Assembly (NCBI GenBank): GCA_016873895.1
Contig: VGVV01000001.1
Coordinates: forward strand, 287,286-351,285
Length of the DNA: 64,000 nt
Source of the DNA: Ignavibacteria bacterium
Lineage (GTDB): Bacteria > Bacteroidota > Ignavibacteria > Kapaibacteriales > Kapaibacteriaceae
Direction of reading: 5' to 3'
Positions 54,900 to 64,000 of the stretch are shown piece by piece. Position 1 is the first letter of the stretch, and each line of letters opens with the position of its first letter. The notes under the pieces were generated by a model, which saw nothing but the letters and a program-made list of their open reading frames with translations, was not told the DNA's origin and did not search any database. Made by a program: the position numbers and the translations under genes.

Positions 54900-57308
54900 T
54901 TAGCCGACGAAGAAGTCTCCGCCGTTGTCTCCACCGTTGTCGCGTGGACCTTCGTTGCGAGGCTCATCGCCACCACGGTCTGGACGGTCGTCGTATCTGC
55001 GCTCTGGGCGTGGACCGCGATCTCCGCGTGGACCACGATCTCCGCCGCGGTCACGGTCGAAGCTGCGTCCACCACGGTCACCACCACGTCCACCACGATC
55101 ACCGCCGCGGCCGCCACGATCACCACCACGTCCGCCACCAAAGCGGTCGCCACCTGGACGAGGTCCGCGCGGCACATACTCTTCCGCTTCCATACCTTCC
55201 GGCACTGGTAGAAGAGCCTTTCGTGAGAGACGGATCTTTCCATCAGGCTGTACTTCGACAACCTTGACTTCGATGATGTCTCCAACCTTGAGAACATCAG
55301 CTACATTCTCAACGCGCTTGTAATCGATTTGCGAGATATGCAGAAGGCCTTCCTTCTTTGGCTTGAGTTCGATGAACGCACCAAGACCTTCACGAATCTC
55401 TTTCACCTTGCCCTTGATGATGCTGTCGAGTTCGATCGGCTTCGTGATATCACGGATGCGTGCGATGGCTGCATCGGCACTTTCCTGATTTACAGCTGCG
55501 ATTGTGATTGTTCCATCATCGTCGATGTTGATCTCAGCACCTGTTTCCTTGACGATGCTGCGGATCATTTCGCCCCCTGGTCCGATAACTGCACCGATGG
55601 TTTCGACTGGGATCTGGATTGTTGTAAGCTTTGGAGCGTACTGTGACAGCTCGGCATTTGGAGCAGACATGTGCTCGTTCATGATACCGAGGATGTGCAG
55701 ACGTCCGTCGCGCGCTTGCTGAAGAGCCGTACGCATGATGTCTACAGACAAGCCTTCGATCTTGATATCCATCTGGCAAGCTGTGATACCTTCGTTGGTA
55801 CCTGTAACCTTGAAGTCCATGTCGCCAAGGAAGTCCTCGTCGCCAAGAATATCACTCAACACCGCTACGCGAGTGTCTTCCATGATCAGACCCATTGCAA
55901 TACCTGCAACGGCCTTCTTCATTGGAACACCAGCGTGGAAGAGAGCAAGTGAGCCTGCGCAGACAGTTGCCATCGACGATGAACCGTTCGACTCAAGAAT
56001 ATCCGATACAACGCGAATCGTATATGGGAAGTCTGTTGTCGATGGAATAAATGGCTCAAGTGAGCGTTCGGCAAGATCGCCGTGGCCTGTTTCACGACGG
56101 CTTGTTGCGCCGAAACGACCCGTCTCGCCCGTTGAGAACGGAGGGAAGTTATAGTGCAGCATGTAACCGATCTCATACGTTGGTAGAAGGCCATCGATGA
56201 GCTGCATGTCTTTCTTTGTACCGAGTGTGATCGTCGTAAGTGACTGTGTCTCACCGCGTGTGAAGAGCGCAGAACCGTGTGTGCGCGGAAGCACGCCTGT
56301 TTCGACCGTGATAGGACGAATCTGCGTTGTTGTGCGACCATCAAGGCGGCGTCCCTCTTGAAGGATCATCTCGCGCATTTCACGTGCTTCAATCTTCTTA
56401 ACGAGTCCAGACACAGTCTTGTTAATGTTGATACCGGCATAGGTCTCAGGACTTGCTGCAACAACTGCTTCTACAGCTGCCGTTGCTAAACTATAGACCT
56501 CTTTACGGAATGCCGAGCGCTGATCTTTGGATGACTCGATACGAATCTGCTTACGAATGGGCTCTACAATGGCGTTCTCTATTGCAGTTACAATCTCTGT
56601 AGCTGGTGCAGTAGAGGCAGCCTCTCTCTTGGTGATCGTGAGCATATCCATGAGTTCACGCTGCATAGCGTTGATCTCGCGTATCCAGTTATGCGCGAAC
56701 TCCATAGCTGCAACGAAATCATCTTCTGAGATTTCCTTGCTCGAGCCTTCGACCATCACAATCGAAGAATCCGATCCTGCAACGATAATGTCAAGGTCTG
56801 ATTCCTTGATTTGTGAAAACGTTGGATTGATAACGAACTCACCGTTAACACGTCCAACACGCACTTCTGCAATTGGCCCCTTGAAGGGGATATCACTAAT
56901 CATCAGTGCAGCAGATGCACCGATCGTACCAAGTACATCCGGCTCGTTCTCGAAATCGTAGGAGTAGACGGTTGCAATCACTTGCGTGTCGTTGCGCCAT
57001 TCTTTTGGGAAGAGGGGGCGCAGCGGACGGTCCATGAGACGAGAGGAGAGAACCTCTTTGTTTGTTGGACGTCCTTCACGACGGAAGAAACCACCTGGGA
57101 TCTTTCCCGAAGAAGCGAGCTTCTCACGGTATTCACAGGTAAGTGGAAGAAAATCGATGTCAGGCTTAGGCTCTGCGCTTGCATTTGCCGTTACCAACAC
57201 CATTGTCTCGCCGTAGGTCAGCATGACCGCTCCGGCAGAGAGCTTGGCAAAACGACCTGTCTCGATGATCAGGTCTTTGCCGTTGATGGTCCGTTTTACA
57301 GACTTCAT
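54900..57308 (-). CDS. pnp: Polyribonucleotide nucleotidyltransferase (PNPase) with an Arg/Gly-rich C-terminal tail of about 100 aa.
   Basis: Two RNase PH domains, KH and S1 domains. Start set at [11 protein letters not shown], preceded by AGGAG at a 7-nt spacing. The tail reads [23 protein letters not shown]... Confidence 0.93.
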   Translation of the reverse strand: MKSVKRTINGKDLIIETGRFAKLSAGAVMLTYGETMVLVTANASAEPKPDIDFLPLTCEYREKLASSGKIPGGFFRREGRPTNKEVLSSRLMDRPLRPLFPKEWRNDTQVIATVYSYDFENEPDVLGTIGASAALMISDIPFKGPIAEVRVGRVNGEFVINPTFSQIKESDLDIIVAGSDSSIVMVEGSSKEISEDDFVAAMEFAHNWIREINAMQRELMDMLTITKREAASTAPATEIVTAIENAIVEPIRKQIRIESSKDQRSAFRKEVYSLATAAVEAVVAASPETYAGININKTVSGLVKKIEAREMREMILQEGRRLDGRTTTQIRPITVETGVLPRTHGSALFTRGETQSLTTITLGTKKDMQLIDGLLPTYEIGYMLHYNFPPFSTGETGRFGATSRRETGHGDLAERSLEPFIPSTTDFPYTIRVVSDILESNGSSSMATVCAGSLALFHAGVPMKKAVAGIAMGLIMEDTRVAVLSDILGDEDFLGDMDFKVTGTNEGITACQMDIKIEGLSVDIMRTALQQARDGRLHILGIMNEHMSAPNAELSQYAPKLTTIQIPVETIGAVIGPGGEMIRSIVKETGAEINIDDDGTITIAAVNQESADAAIARIRDITKPIELDSIIKGKVKEIREGLGAFIELKPKKEGLLHISQIDYKRVENVADVLKVGDIIEVKVVEVQPDGKIRLSRKALLPVPEGMEAEEYVPRGPRPGGDRFGGGRGGDRGGRGGDRGGRGGDRGGRSFDRDRGGDRGPRGDRGPRPERRYDDRPDRGGDEPRNEGPRDNGGDNGGDFFVG

Positions 57309-57449
57309 AGATGCTCCTGTATGACTACAGAATTGAACGAGAAAAAAATTCTCGGCATCGTGATCAACAATCACTCCTTGTCAGGGGGCTTCCCATATGA
57401 GCCTCTTGACAAAGAGTGCCACGACGCCGACATATACACGGTGCCAATA

Positions 57450-57490
57450 GGCACAAAAGAGGGGTAGCGGAATCCTTAGAATCCGCCACC
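57450..57490 (-). terminator. rpsO terminator/attenuator hairpin within the rpsO-pnp leader.
   Basis: Minus strand, 14 nt after the rpsO stop. GGUGGCGG-(12 nt loop)-CCGCUACC, one mismatch in the stem, followed by CCUCUUUUGUG. Confidence 0.55.
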
Positions 57491-57503
57491 GCATCGGATA
57501 GAC

Positions 57504-57770
57504 TTACTTACGCAGACCGAGCGCTGCGATGATGTCGCGATAGCGCTGAAGGTCGTTCTTCATCAGGTATGAAAGCAGGTTTTTGCGCTTTGCAACCAAC
57601 ATGATAAGACCACGACGTGAGTGGTGATCTTTCTTATGCTGCGATGCATGCCCCGACAATGCTGAGATGTGCTCTGTCAGAAGAGCGATCTGCACTTCAG
57701 GCTTACCCGTGTTTGCAGCAGAACCGCCATACTTGGCGATGATCTCTGCCTTGCGTTCTTTGGAGATCAT
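57504..57770 (-). CDS. rpsO: 30S ribosomal protein S15
   Basis: 88 aa. Collinear with E. coli S15 ([11 protein letters not shown]). GGAGGA lies 4 nt upstream of the ATG, and the start overlaps the ribF stop (ATGA). Confidence 0.95.
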   Translation of the reverse strand: MISKERKAEIIAKYGGSAANTGKPEVQIALLTEHISALSGHASQHKKDHHSRRGLIMLVAKRKNLLSYLMKNDLQRYRDIIAALGLRK

Positions 57771-58723
57771 GAGTTCCTCCATTCTTGAATGAGATGTTGA
57801 TAGATAATTGTTTGTTGCTTGTCTTGTTCGAGTTGGGCTAGAAACTCCTCGCGCGACCCAAATTTCTGCTCTCCGCGAAGTCGCTTATGAAACTTCACAT
57901 CAAGCGTTGTATTGTAAATGTCGTTATCGAATTGAAGAATATGGACCTCAAGTATTGGCACTGTGTCGCTGGTAAATGTGGGCCTCACACCAATGTTGGC
58001 CATTGCTAGGTACTCTGCATCACCATGCCGCACAGTTACGACATACACTCCATTTGCTGGTATAAGCTTGTGTGGCTCCGCAGGAACAACATTAGCCGTT
58101 GGAATGCCGAGTGTGCTGCCTCTTCCGTCGCCCTTTACAACCGTGCCTCGCACGATGTATGGAGAGCCGAGCATCGAAGCTGCCAGTTCAATGTCTCCAG
58201 ACTTAAGGGTTTTGCGGACAAGCGTGCTGCTAACTACAATGCCCTCTGTCTCGAGTGGTGGAATTCTCTCTACATAAAATCCAAGCTCGGCTCCTAGATG
58301 TCGCAACAGCTCTTCATTACCGCCACGGTTTTTGCCAAAGGCATGATCGTGACCAATGAAGAAATGTTGCACATCAATGTATGAAACGAGCTTCCGTACA
58401 AACTCATCAGCAGGAGTTTGAGCAAACTCCGTTGTGAATGGGATCACCACAACGTCATCTACACCCACGTTCGACAGACGTTCGCAGCGCTCTTCAATGC
58501 TCGTAAGCAGGGCAAGGGGCTCGCGGTCTGGCCTAGCCAATACGATTTGCGGATGCGGATCGAAGGTGACAACAACAACTCTCAAACCCTCTGCATCAGC
58601 CATCCTACGCATATACGATATCACACCCTGATGCCCGCGATGCACACCATCAAATGTTCCTACAGTAATGCATGCCTTTTGCTTGTGCGGCCAGGCACCT
58701 TGACCAAACGTTAAAACATTCAT
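57767..58723 (-). CDS. ribF: Bifunctional riboflavin kinase / FMN adenylyltransferase
   Basis: N-terminal nucleotidyltransferase motif ([12 protein letters not shown]) and a C-terminal riboflavin kinase domain. 318 aa. Confidence 0.92.
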   Translation of the reverse strand: MNVLTFGQGAWPHKQKACITVGTFDGVHRGHQGVISYMRRMADAEGLRVVVVTFDPHPQIVLARPDREPLALLTSIEERCERLSNVGVDDVVVIPFTTEFAQTPADEFVRKLVSYIDVQHFFIGHDHAFGKNRGGNEELLRHLGAELGFYVERIPPLETEGIVVSSTLVRKTLKSGDIELAASMLGSPYIVRGTVVKGDGRGSTLGIPTANVVPAEPHKLIPANGVYVVTVRHGDAEYLAMANIGVRPTFTSDTVPILEVHILQFDNDIYNTTLDVKFHKRLRGEQKFGSREEFLAQLEQDKQQTIIYQHLIQEWRNS

Positions 58724-59484
58724 GAGGCAACCTCTTTTGTAAGCGCTTGCCGAATCTCGCCAATAGTAAGGGATGCATCTGTATGAAACCCGCCACTTTG
58801 AACTCTACGCAGCGTCCACACATAACCACCTACACCTAGCATCACACCGAGGTCACGCGCTATTGAACGTATGTACGTTCCTTTCGAGCAGGTGACGCGG
58901 CACTGCACATGTGGCCATATGACCGCAACATCTGAGATGCTATGCACCGTTATTTCGCGAACCTTTGGTGTAAAGTCTTTGCCTTCGCGTGCGAGATCAT
59001 ACTGCCGTTTACCTTGGTGGCGAATTGCGCTAAAGGCAGGGGGCGTCTGTTGTATCACCCCAACAAAGGTCTGTAGCGCCGTGCTGATGCTGTCTGCATC
59101 AACTGGCTCACATACCTGCTGCACAACTTCGCCGCCGCGGTCGTCTGTTGTCGATGTTGCACCAAGCAAGACATCAACATCATAGACTTTCACATCATCC
59201 TGCAGCGTAGCGATGTCCTTGGTAGCCTTGCCAAAGCAGACAACCAAAAGCCCCGTTGCCAGAGGATCTAATGTTCCAGCATGACCAACACGTTTGATGC
59301 GCGTCATGTTTCGGACCTTGGCAACGCAGTCAAACGACGTCCATGTTTCTTCTTTGTCAATGAGCGCGATAGCTCCATCCGTTCTCGCTTGCTCCAACCA
59401 CTGATCAACACTACCGATAGTAGACCGATCAAGTATCATTCGTTCATTCGTTGTTGTCGCCATTGCCTTCTTCTTGATCGTCAT
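58720..59484 (-). CDS. truB: tRNA pseudouridine(55) synthase TruB
   Basis: Catalytic-Asp motif VGHAGTLDPLATGLLVVCFGKATK. The start is uncertain: alternative ATGs at 59463 and 59439 avoid the 41-nt overlap with rbfA. Confidence 0.88.
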   Translation of the reverse strand: MTIKKKAMATTTNERMILDRSTIGSVDQWLEQARTDGAIALIDKEETWTSFDCVAKVRNMTRIKRVGHAGTLDPLATGLLVVCFGKATKDIATLQDDVKVYDVDVLLGATSTTDDRGGEVVQQVCEPVDADSISTALQTFVGVIQQTPPAFSAIRHQGKRQYDLAREGKDFTPKVREITVHSISDVAVIWPHVQCRVTCSKGTYIRSIARDLGVMLGVGGYVWTLRRVQSGGFHTDASLTIGEIRQALTKEVAS

Positions 59485-59827
59485 CAGCCGGACGTACGCG
59501 ATCGAGTATTGCTTCGATTCGCTGCGCTCTGTCCAATGAGTCGTCGATATAGAACTTGAGCTGCGGCGTATACCGCAGCCGCACGGTCTTGGCTAATTGA
59601 TGACGCAGACGCCCCGTCTCATGTTCTTCAAGATGGTCTAGCACCTCTGCAGGTGAACGACGTCCACCAAACACGCTGAGATACACACGTGCAAGTTGAA
59701 GATCGGCAGACAAGCGTACTTCGGTTACCGAAATGAACCCAGCAGAGAGCTCTTCGGCAATCCTACGAAGGGGGGCAGCGAGAGCTTTTTGGATCTCTCC
59801 GGCAACGCGTTCTGTTCGAATCGACAC
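59444..59827 (-). CDS. rbfA: Ribosome-binding factor A
   Basis: KH-like RbfA fold sequence (RTERVAGEIQKALA...VTEVRLSADLQLARVYLS) with an acidic tail. Confidence 0.9.
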   Translation of the reverse strand: MSIRTERVAGEIQKALAAPLRRIAEELSAGFISVTEVRLSADLQLARVYLSVFGGRRSPAEVLDHLEEHETGRLRHQLAKTVRLRYTPQLKFYIDDSLDRAQRIEAILDRVRPADDDQEEGNGDNNE

Positions 59828-59829
59828 TG

Positions 59830-62793
59830 TTACGTAAGCTTCCGTTTCACTTCAATTGTCTTATAGCCTTCAATGATGTCGCCCATCTCGAGGTCGTTAA
59901 AGCCCTGAACGCCTATACCGCACTCGTAGCCAGAATCAACTTCACGTACGTCATCCTTGATGCGCTTGAGAGAGGCAAGCGTACCCTTGTAGATTTCAAA
60001 GCCGTCGCGCAGAACACGAACCTTATCATTACGCGTAATCTTACCATTCTGCACATAGCAGCCGGCAATCGTTCCAAGCTTACTGATCTTGAAGATGGCG
60101 CGTACTTCCACGGTAGAGGTAATCTCTTCTTTGATATCTGGCGTAAGCATACCTTCGAGGGCCAGCTGAACTTCGTTGATACAGTCGTAGATAATAGAAT
60201 ACAAACGAACATCTACCGTCTCAGCTTCAGCAAGCTTGCGCGCTGCAGGAGGAACATTTACTTGGAAGCCAACAATCACGGCATCTGAAGCAGACGCAAG
60301 CATGATGTCGCTTTCAGAAATAGCACCAACACCGCGGTACAGAATGCGAACCTTGACCTCTTGTGTCGAGAGCTTTTGCAAAGAGTCTGCAAGTGCTTCG
60401 ACAGACCCACTCACGTCTGCACGTACGATGAGTCGGAGTTCCTTAACACCACCCTGCTGAATTTGTGCGGAGATATCGTCGAGCGTCATGTGGCGCATAC
60501 CGCGGAACTGTTGCTCGCGGCGAAGCTGCTGACGTCTTGTTGCAACGTCGCGTGCTTCTGCGTCTGTATCCATCTCGACGAGGATGTCGCCTGCGTTTGG
60601 CAGACCATCAAATCCCGTAACCTGTGCAGGCATCGATGATCCGGCTTGTTCCATCCGGTGTCCGCGTTCGTCAAACATTGCTCGAACACGTCCGGCGAAC
60701 TGACCGCACACAAAGATGTCGCCAACGCTGAGTGTACCCTTCTGGACCATAACCGTTACAACGTTGCCACGCCCCTTATCAATATGGGCTTCGATAACAG
60801 TTGCTTTGGCTGCACGGTCTGGGTTAGCCTTGAGATCCAACAGATCTGCTTCGAGAAGGATCTTCTCGAGCAGCGATGGAACGTTGAGTCCTGTCTTCGC
60901 AGAAACTTCTGCTACCTGGAACTTACCACCCCAATCCTCGACCAACACGCCGTGATCGGCAAGTTGTTGGCGGATGCGATCTGGGTTAGCATCAGGCTTG
61001 TCAATCTTATTAATTGCTACGACGATTGGAACACCGGCAGCCTGGGCGTGCGAGATAGCTTCAATCGTTTGGGGCATCACGCTGTCGTCGGCAGAAACCA
61101 CGAGGACAACGATATCCGTGACTTGTGCGCCGCGAGCACGCATAGCGGTAAAGGCTTCGTGACCTGGTGTATCGAGGAAACTAATGGAGCGTCCATTCGG
61201 AAGCTCTACGCGATAGGCACCAATGTGCTGAGTAATCCCGCCAGCTTCACCGGCCACAACATTGGCGTTGCGGATATGGTCTAGCAGCGACGTTTTACCG
61301 TGGTCTACGTGACCCATAATCGTAACGATTGGAGAGCGCGGTTGGAGGGTATCCGGTGCGTCCTCTTCTTCCTCGATTACCATCTCTGCCTGGTCGTCAA
61401 CAAAGTCTACTTCAAAGCCATAGTCAGACGCAATCAGAATGATCGTGTCTTTATCAAGACGTTGGTTGATGGATACCATCAAGCCAAGTCCCATACATTT
61501 CATGATAATGTCTGCAGCCGTTACGCGCATCAGGTTGGCAAGGTCGGCTGTTGTTACAAACTCCGACAAGCGTAAGATTGAGCTCTCACGTGCAAGTTCT
61601 TCCTGACGGATAGCTTCTTTTTCTTCGCGCTCTAAGCGCCTACGCATGCGCAGTTTGGCACGACCACCGGACGGAGCGTATTCCATACCCGAAAGGGTTT
61701 GGCGAATAGCGCGCTCTACATCGGAATCCGAAACCTGAGTACGCATACCCTTTGCGTTGGTCTTCTTCTTTTTGTCAACCTTCTTTGCTGCAGCTGGAGT
61801 AGCGTTAGGACCGAAGTTTGGACGGCTGCGATTATCAGACGTCTGCTGCTGTCCACCGGGACCACCACCTTGCTGTGGTCCACGACCACGCACCATCGCA
61901 TCACCGATAGCACCACGGCGTTGATCACCACCGCCACCACCGGATGGGCGCTTATCGTCGCGTTTTGGACGCAGGGCTGATTTCGGTGCAAGGTCGATCT
62001 TTCCAACAACTGTTAGACCACGAAGCGTGGCACCTTCGCCAGGCTTGAATTCAACTTCAATGACGCCTTTACGACGGCGCTTGCCCTTCTTTTCATCTGT
62101 GTCTGCCGACTCTCCAGCTGGGGCAGCAGGTGCAACAGCAGGTGTGCCAGAGGCATCTGGGGTAGTGGCCTCTACTGGTGCAGCTTCGACGGCCTCGGAT
62201 TCAGGCTCTGCGGCGTCCTTCTTAACCGCTGGCTTTGCAGCCTCTTTTTGACCCTTCTTCGACTTAGCAACTTTCTGCGCCGCCTCATCAATTTTCTCAA
62301 GCTCTTCAGCTTTTGACAAATCGACAACAGCACCCACAGTAGGCCCTGCAACTGGTGCCTGTTGCACGTCATCAGCTACGTCTTCAACCCGAGCCTGGGG
62401 CTCTGGAACAGCCTCTGAAACAGGCTCCGTCGGTATAGGTTGTGGTGCCTGTTCAGCTGCAACTACTTCTTCCGGACGCTCGAGGCGCTCCTCTATCTCA
62501 CGCTCACGCTCATGAGCCTCGGCCATTGTGTCTATAGACACTGCATTGCCTTGCTCAAGATGACTCTTGCGCACTGCTTGTTGGCGTTGGACTTTCTCGC
62601 GCTGCTTCTGAGCAGATTTAAGTTCCTTCGCGAACTTTTCGATCACGAGATCCAATTGCTCATCAGTCAATGCAGTTGTAGCCTTGTTGTCGATCTTGTG
62701 ACCTTTCGACGCCAAGTATCCAACGATTGCATCACGACCAATGTTGATCTGACTCGCAACCTTAAAAAGTTTATTTCCGGTAGAACCAGCCAT
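59830..62793 (-). CDS. infB: Translation initiation factor IF-2
   Basis: G domain ([21 protein letters not shown]), IF-2 beta-barrels, and a long low-complexity charged N-terminal region. 987 aa. Confidence 0.97.
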   Translation of the reverse strand: MAGSTGNKLFKVASQINIGRDAIVGYLASKGHKIDNKATTALTDEQLDLVIEKFAKELKSAQKQREKVQRQQAVRKSHLEQGNAVSIDTMAEAHEREREIEERLERPEEVVAAEQAPQPIPTEPVSEAVPEPQARVEDVADDVQQAPVAGPTVGAVVDLSKAEELEKIDEAAQKVAKSKKGQKEAAKPAVKKDAAEPESEAVEAAPVEATTPDASGTPAVAPAAPAGESADTDEKKGKRRRKGVIEVEFKPGEGATLRGLTVVGKIDLAPKSALRPKRDDKRPSGGGGGDQRRGAIGDAMVRGRGPQQGGGPGGQQQTSDNRSRPNFGPNATPAAAKKVDKKKKTNAKGMRTQVSDSDVERAIRQTLSGMEYAPSGGRAKLRMRRRLEREEKEAIRQEELARESSILRLSEFVTTADLANLMRVTAADIIMKCMGLGLMVSINQRLDKDTIILIASDYGFEVDFVDDQAEMVIEEEEDAPDTLQPRSPIVTIMGHVDHGKTSLLDHIRNANVVAGEAGGITQHIGAYRVELPNGRSISFLDTPGHEAFTAMRARGAQVTDIVVLVVSADDSVMPQTIEAISHAQAAGVPIVVAINKIDKPDANPDRIRQQLADHGVLVEDWGGKFQVAEVSAKTGLNVPSLLEKILLEADLLDLKANPDRAAKATVIEAHIDKGRGNVVTVMVQKGTLSVGDIFVCGQFAGRVRAMFDERGHRMEQAGSSMPAQVTGFDGLPNAGDILVEMDTDAEARDVATRRQQLRREQQFRGMRHMTLDDISAQIQQGGVKELRLIVRADVSGSVEALADSLQKLSTQEVKVRILYRGVGAISESDIMLASASDAVIVGFQVNVPPAARKLAEAETVDVRLYSIIYDCINEVQLALEGMLTPDIKEEITSTVEVRAIFKISKLGTIAGCYVQNGKITRNDKVRVLRDGFEIYKGTLASLKRIKDDVREVDSGYECGIGVQGFNDLEMGDIIEGYKTIEVKRKLT

Positions 62794-62804
62794 ACAACCT
62801 TCGG

Positions 62805-64000
62805 TTATTCATCGCCTTGTTCAGTAGAAGCATCAGACTCATCGCCTTCTTCTACATGTTCTGCTTCGACTTCTTGTTCGTACACTTCTGGAGTCTCCTC
62901 TGCGTACGACTCAGCAATTTCTTCGTCTGTACTTACTGCACTTGAAGTTGATTTTGCCAGGTCGGCATCCTCAAGCGAAATCAAGTAATTCTGGTCTTCA
63001 CGTTCTTCGAATTCTTCAAGCATCACTCGACGAATACGAACGATCATGTCTTTTGGCATCAAGCCCAGCAGCGACATCGGCTCGGCTTCTAAGAATTCAC
63101 GAGCTGTGTCGATTCCTGCACGGATAAGTTGGTCGAAGAGCTCACGGCCAATTTCATCACGGAATTCGATCAATTCAATGTCTTCTGCGCCCTCCTTGAT
63201 CAAGGACAGCGAATATCCTGTCAGCTTCGATGCAAGACGAACATTCTGCCCCTGCTTTCCAATGGCAAGTGAGACCTGATCGTCTGGCACAACTACCACT
63301 GCTTGGCGTCCATTCTCACTAATCTGCACGTCGCGCACCTTCGCAGGCGAAAGAGCACGAGCAATGAACAGGCGTGGGTCTTCCGTGAATTCGATGATGT
63401 CGATATTCTCATTTCCCAATTCACGCACGATAGAATGGATACGAATACCCTTCATTCCAACGCATGCGCCAACTGGATCTACTCGCTCATCAAAAGACGT
63501 TACGGCAACCTTCGCGCGCTCACCTGGTTCGCGAGAGATTGCACGGATTTTGATGATACCATCAAATATTTCCGGGATTTCTTGCTCAAACAGACGAGCC
63601 ATAAACGAATCATCGGCACGAGATAGAATGAGATCTGGCAGACCTGTTGCGCCCCCTGACCTACGAACTTCTTTCAGGATTGCCTTAACCTGCTGATTTT
63701 TCTTGAGTCTCTCGGTTGGGATTTGCTCTTCTCTCGGCAAGCGCATCTCAACCTTGTTGTGCATCACGAGCACATTGTTTGGGCGCACCTGGTAGATCTC
63801 GCCAATGATCACTTCGCCAACACGCTTTGCGTACTCATCGTAGATGTTATCCTTCTCAACGTCACGAATGCGCTGGTTCAAATTCTGAATGGCCTGCGCA
63901 ATCAATCGGCGTCCGAACGAGTCTGCAATGTTCTCGAGCGTGATTTCTTCGATGTGCTCATCGCCAATCTCCGGCTCGTCCCCAGTTTGTTCGCGTACTT
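62805..64000 (-). CDS. nusA: Transcription termination/antitermination factor NusA; the 5' end is beyond the window.
   Basis: S1 and two KH domains (GACVGMKGIRIHSIVREL; AIGKQGQNVRLASKLTG) and an acidic C-terminal tail. The frame is open upstream to the window edge. The ORF-track start at 63905 is an internal TTG. Confidence 0.92.
   Translation of the reverse strand, partial: VREQTGDEPEIGDEHIEEITLENIADSFGRRLIAQAIQNLNQRIRDVEKDNIYDEYAKRVGEVIIGEIYQVRPNNVLVMHNKVEMRLPREEQIPTERLKKNQQVKAILKEVRRSGGATGLPDLILSRADDSFMARLFEQEIPEIFDGIIKIRAISREPGERAKVAVTSFDERVDPVGACVGMKGIRIHSIVRELGNENIDIIEFTEDPRLFIARALSPAKVRDVQISENGRQAVVVVPDDQVSLAIGKQGQNVRLASKLTGYSLSLIKEGAEDIELIEFRDEIGRELFDQLIRAGIDTAREFLEAEPMSLLGLMPKDMIVRIRRVMLEEFEEREDQNYLISLEDADLAKSTSSAVSTDEEIAESYAEETPEVYEQEVEAEHVEEGDESDASTEQGDE

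Noticed and set aside
60646-61284. 212-aa ORF antisense to infB.
   Set aside because: It lies inside the IF-2 G-domain coding region and is a shadow ORF.
1-64000. Search for tRNA or rRNA genes, CRISPR arrays, IS elements or integrases.
   Set aside because: No non-coding stretch exceeds about 240 bp. No regularly spaced direct repeats, no transposase or integrase-like ORFs and no cloverleaf-like segments were seen. The window appears to be core chromosome.

Overview
This looks like a 64 kb chromosomal window from a Gram-negative bacterium of the Bacteroidota/Chlorobiota (FCB) group. The assignment rests on several C-terminal domains that resemble type IX secretion (T9SS) sorting signals, an ATP synthase operon that lacks atpD/atpC locally, and a CrtB-like gene. 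GC is intermediate and coding density is very high, with many 1-4 bp stop/start overlaps. Both strands were read against the six-frame track. Most genes are housekeeping: obg, radA, an atpZ-I-B-E-F-H-A-(hldD)-G operon, ddl, a family 4 uracil-DNA glycosylase, clpC, dnaX-bcp-tatD-upp, dapB, prolyl oligopeptidase, and a nusA-infB-rbfA-truB-ribF-rpsO-pnp cluster. Accessory content includes a partial giant adhesin-like gene with Ig/PKD-like repeats, two tandem S8 subtilases with T9SS-type C-terminal domains, a secreted endonuclease/exonuclease/phosphatase (EEP) family protein with a similar domain, and a tightly packed minus-strand six-gene cluster (35.5-46.2 kb). That cluster combines a 12-TM MOP/MATE-like protein, three ABC ATPase domains with no permease, a 1225-aa beta-propeller cargo protein with a T9SS-type C-terminal domain, a two-domain OmpA-family protein and a class V aminotransferase. 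No tRNA, rRNA, CRISPR array or obvious mobile element was found. Unusual points are hldD inside the atp operon, three unknown membrane genes following atpG, an in-frame TatD-OMP-like fusion, a catalytically degenerate FtsE-like ATPase, and a PNPase with an RGG-rich tail. Many ORF-track N-termini appear over-extended, probably through alternative start codons, and start coordinates were adjusted where the sequence supported it.
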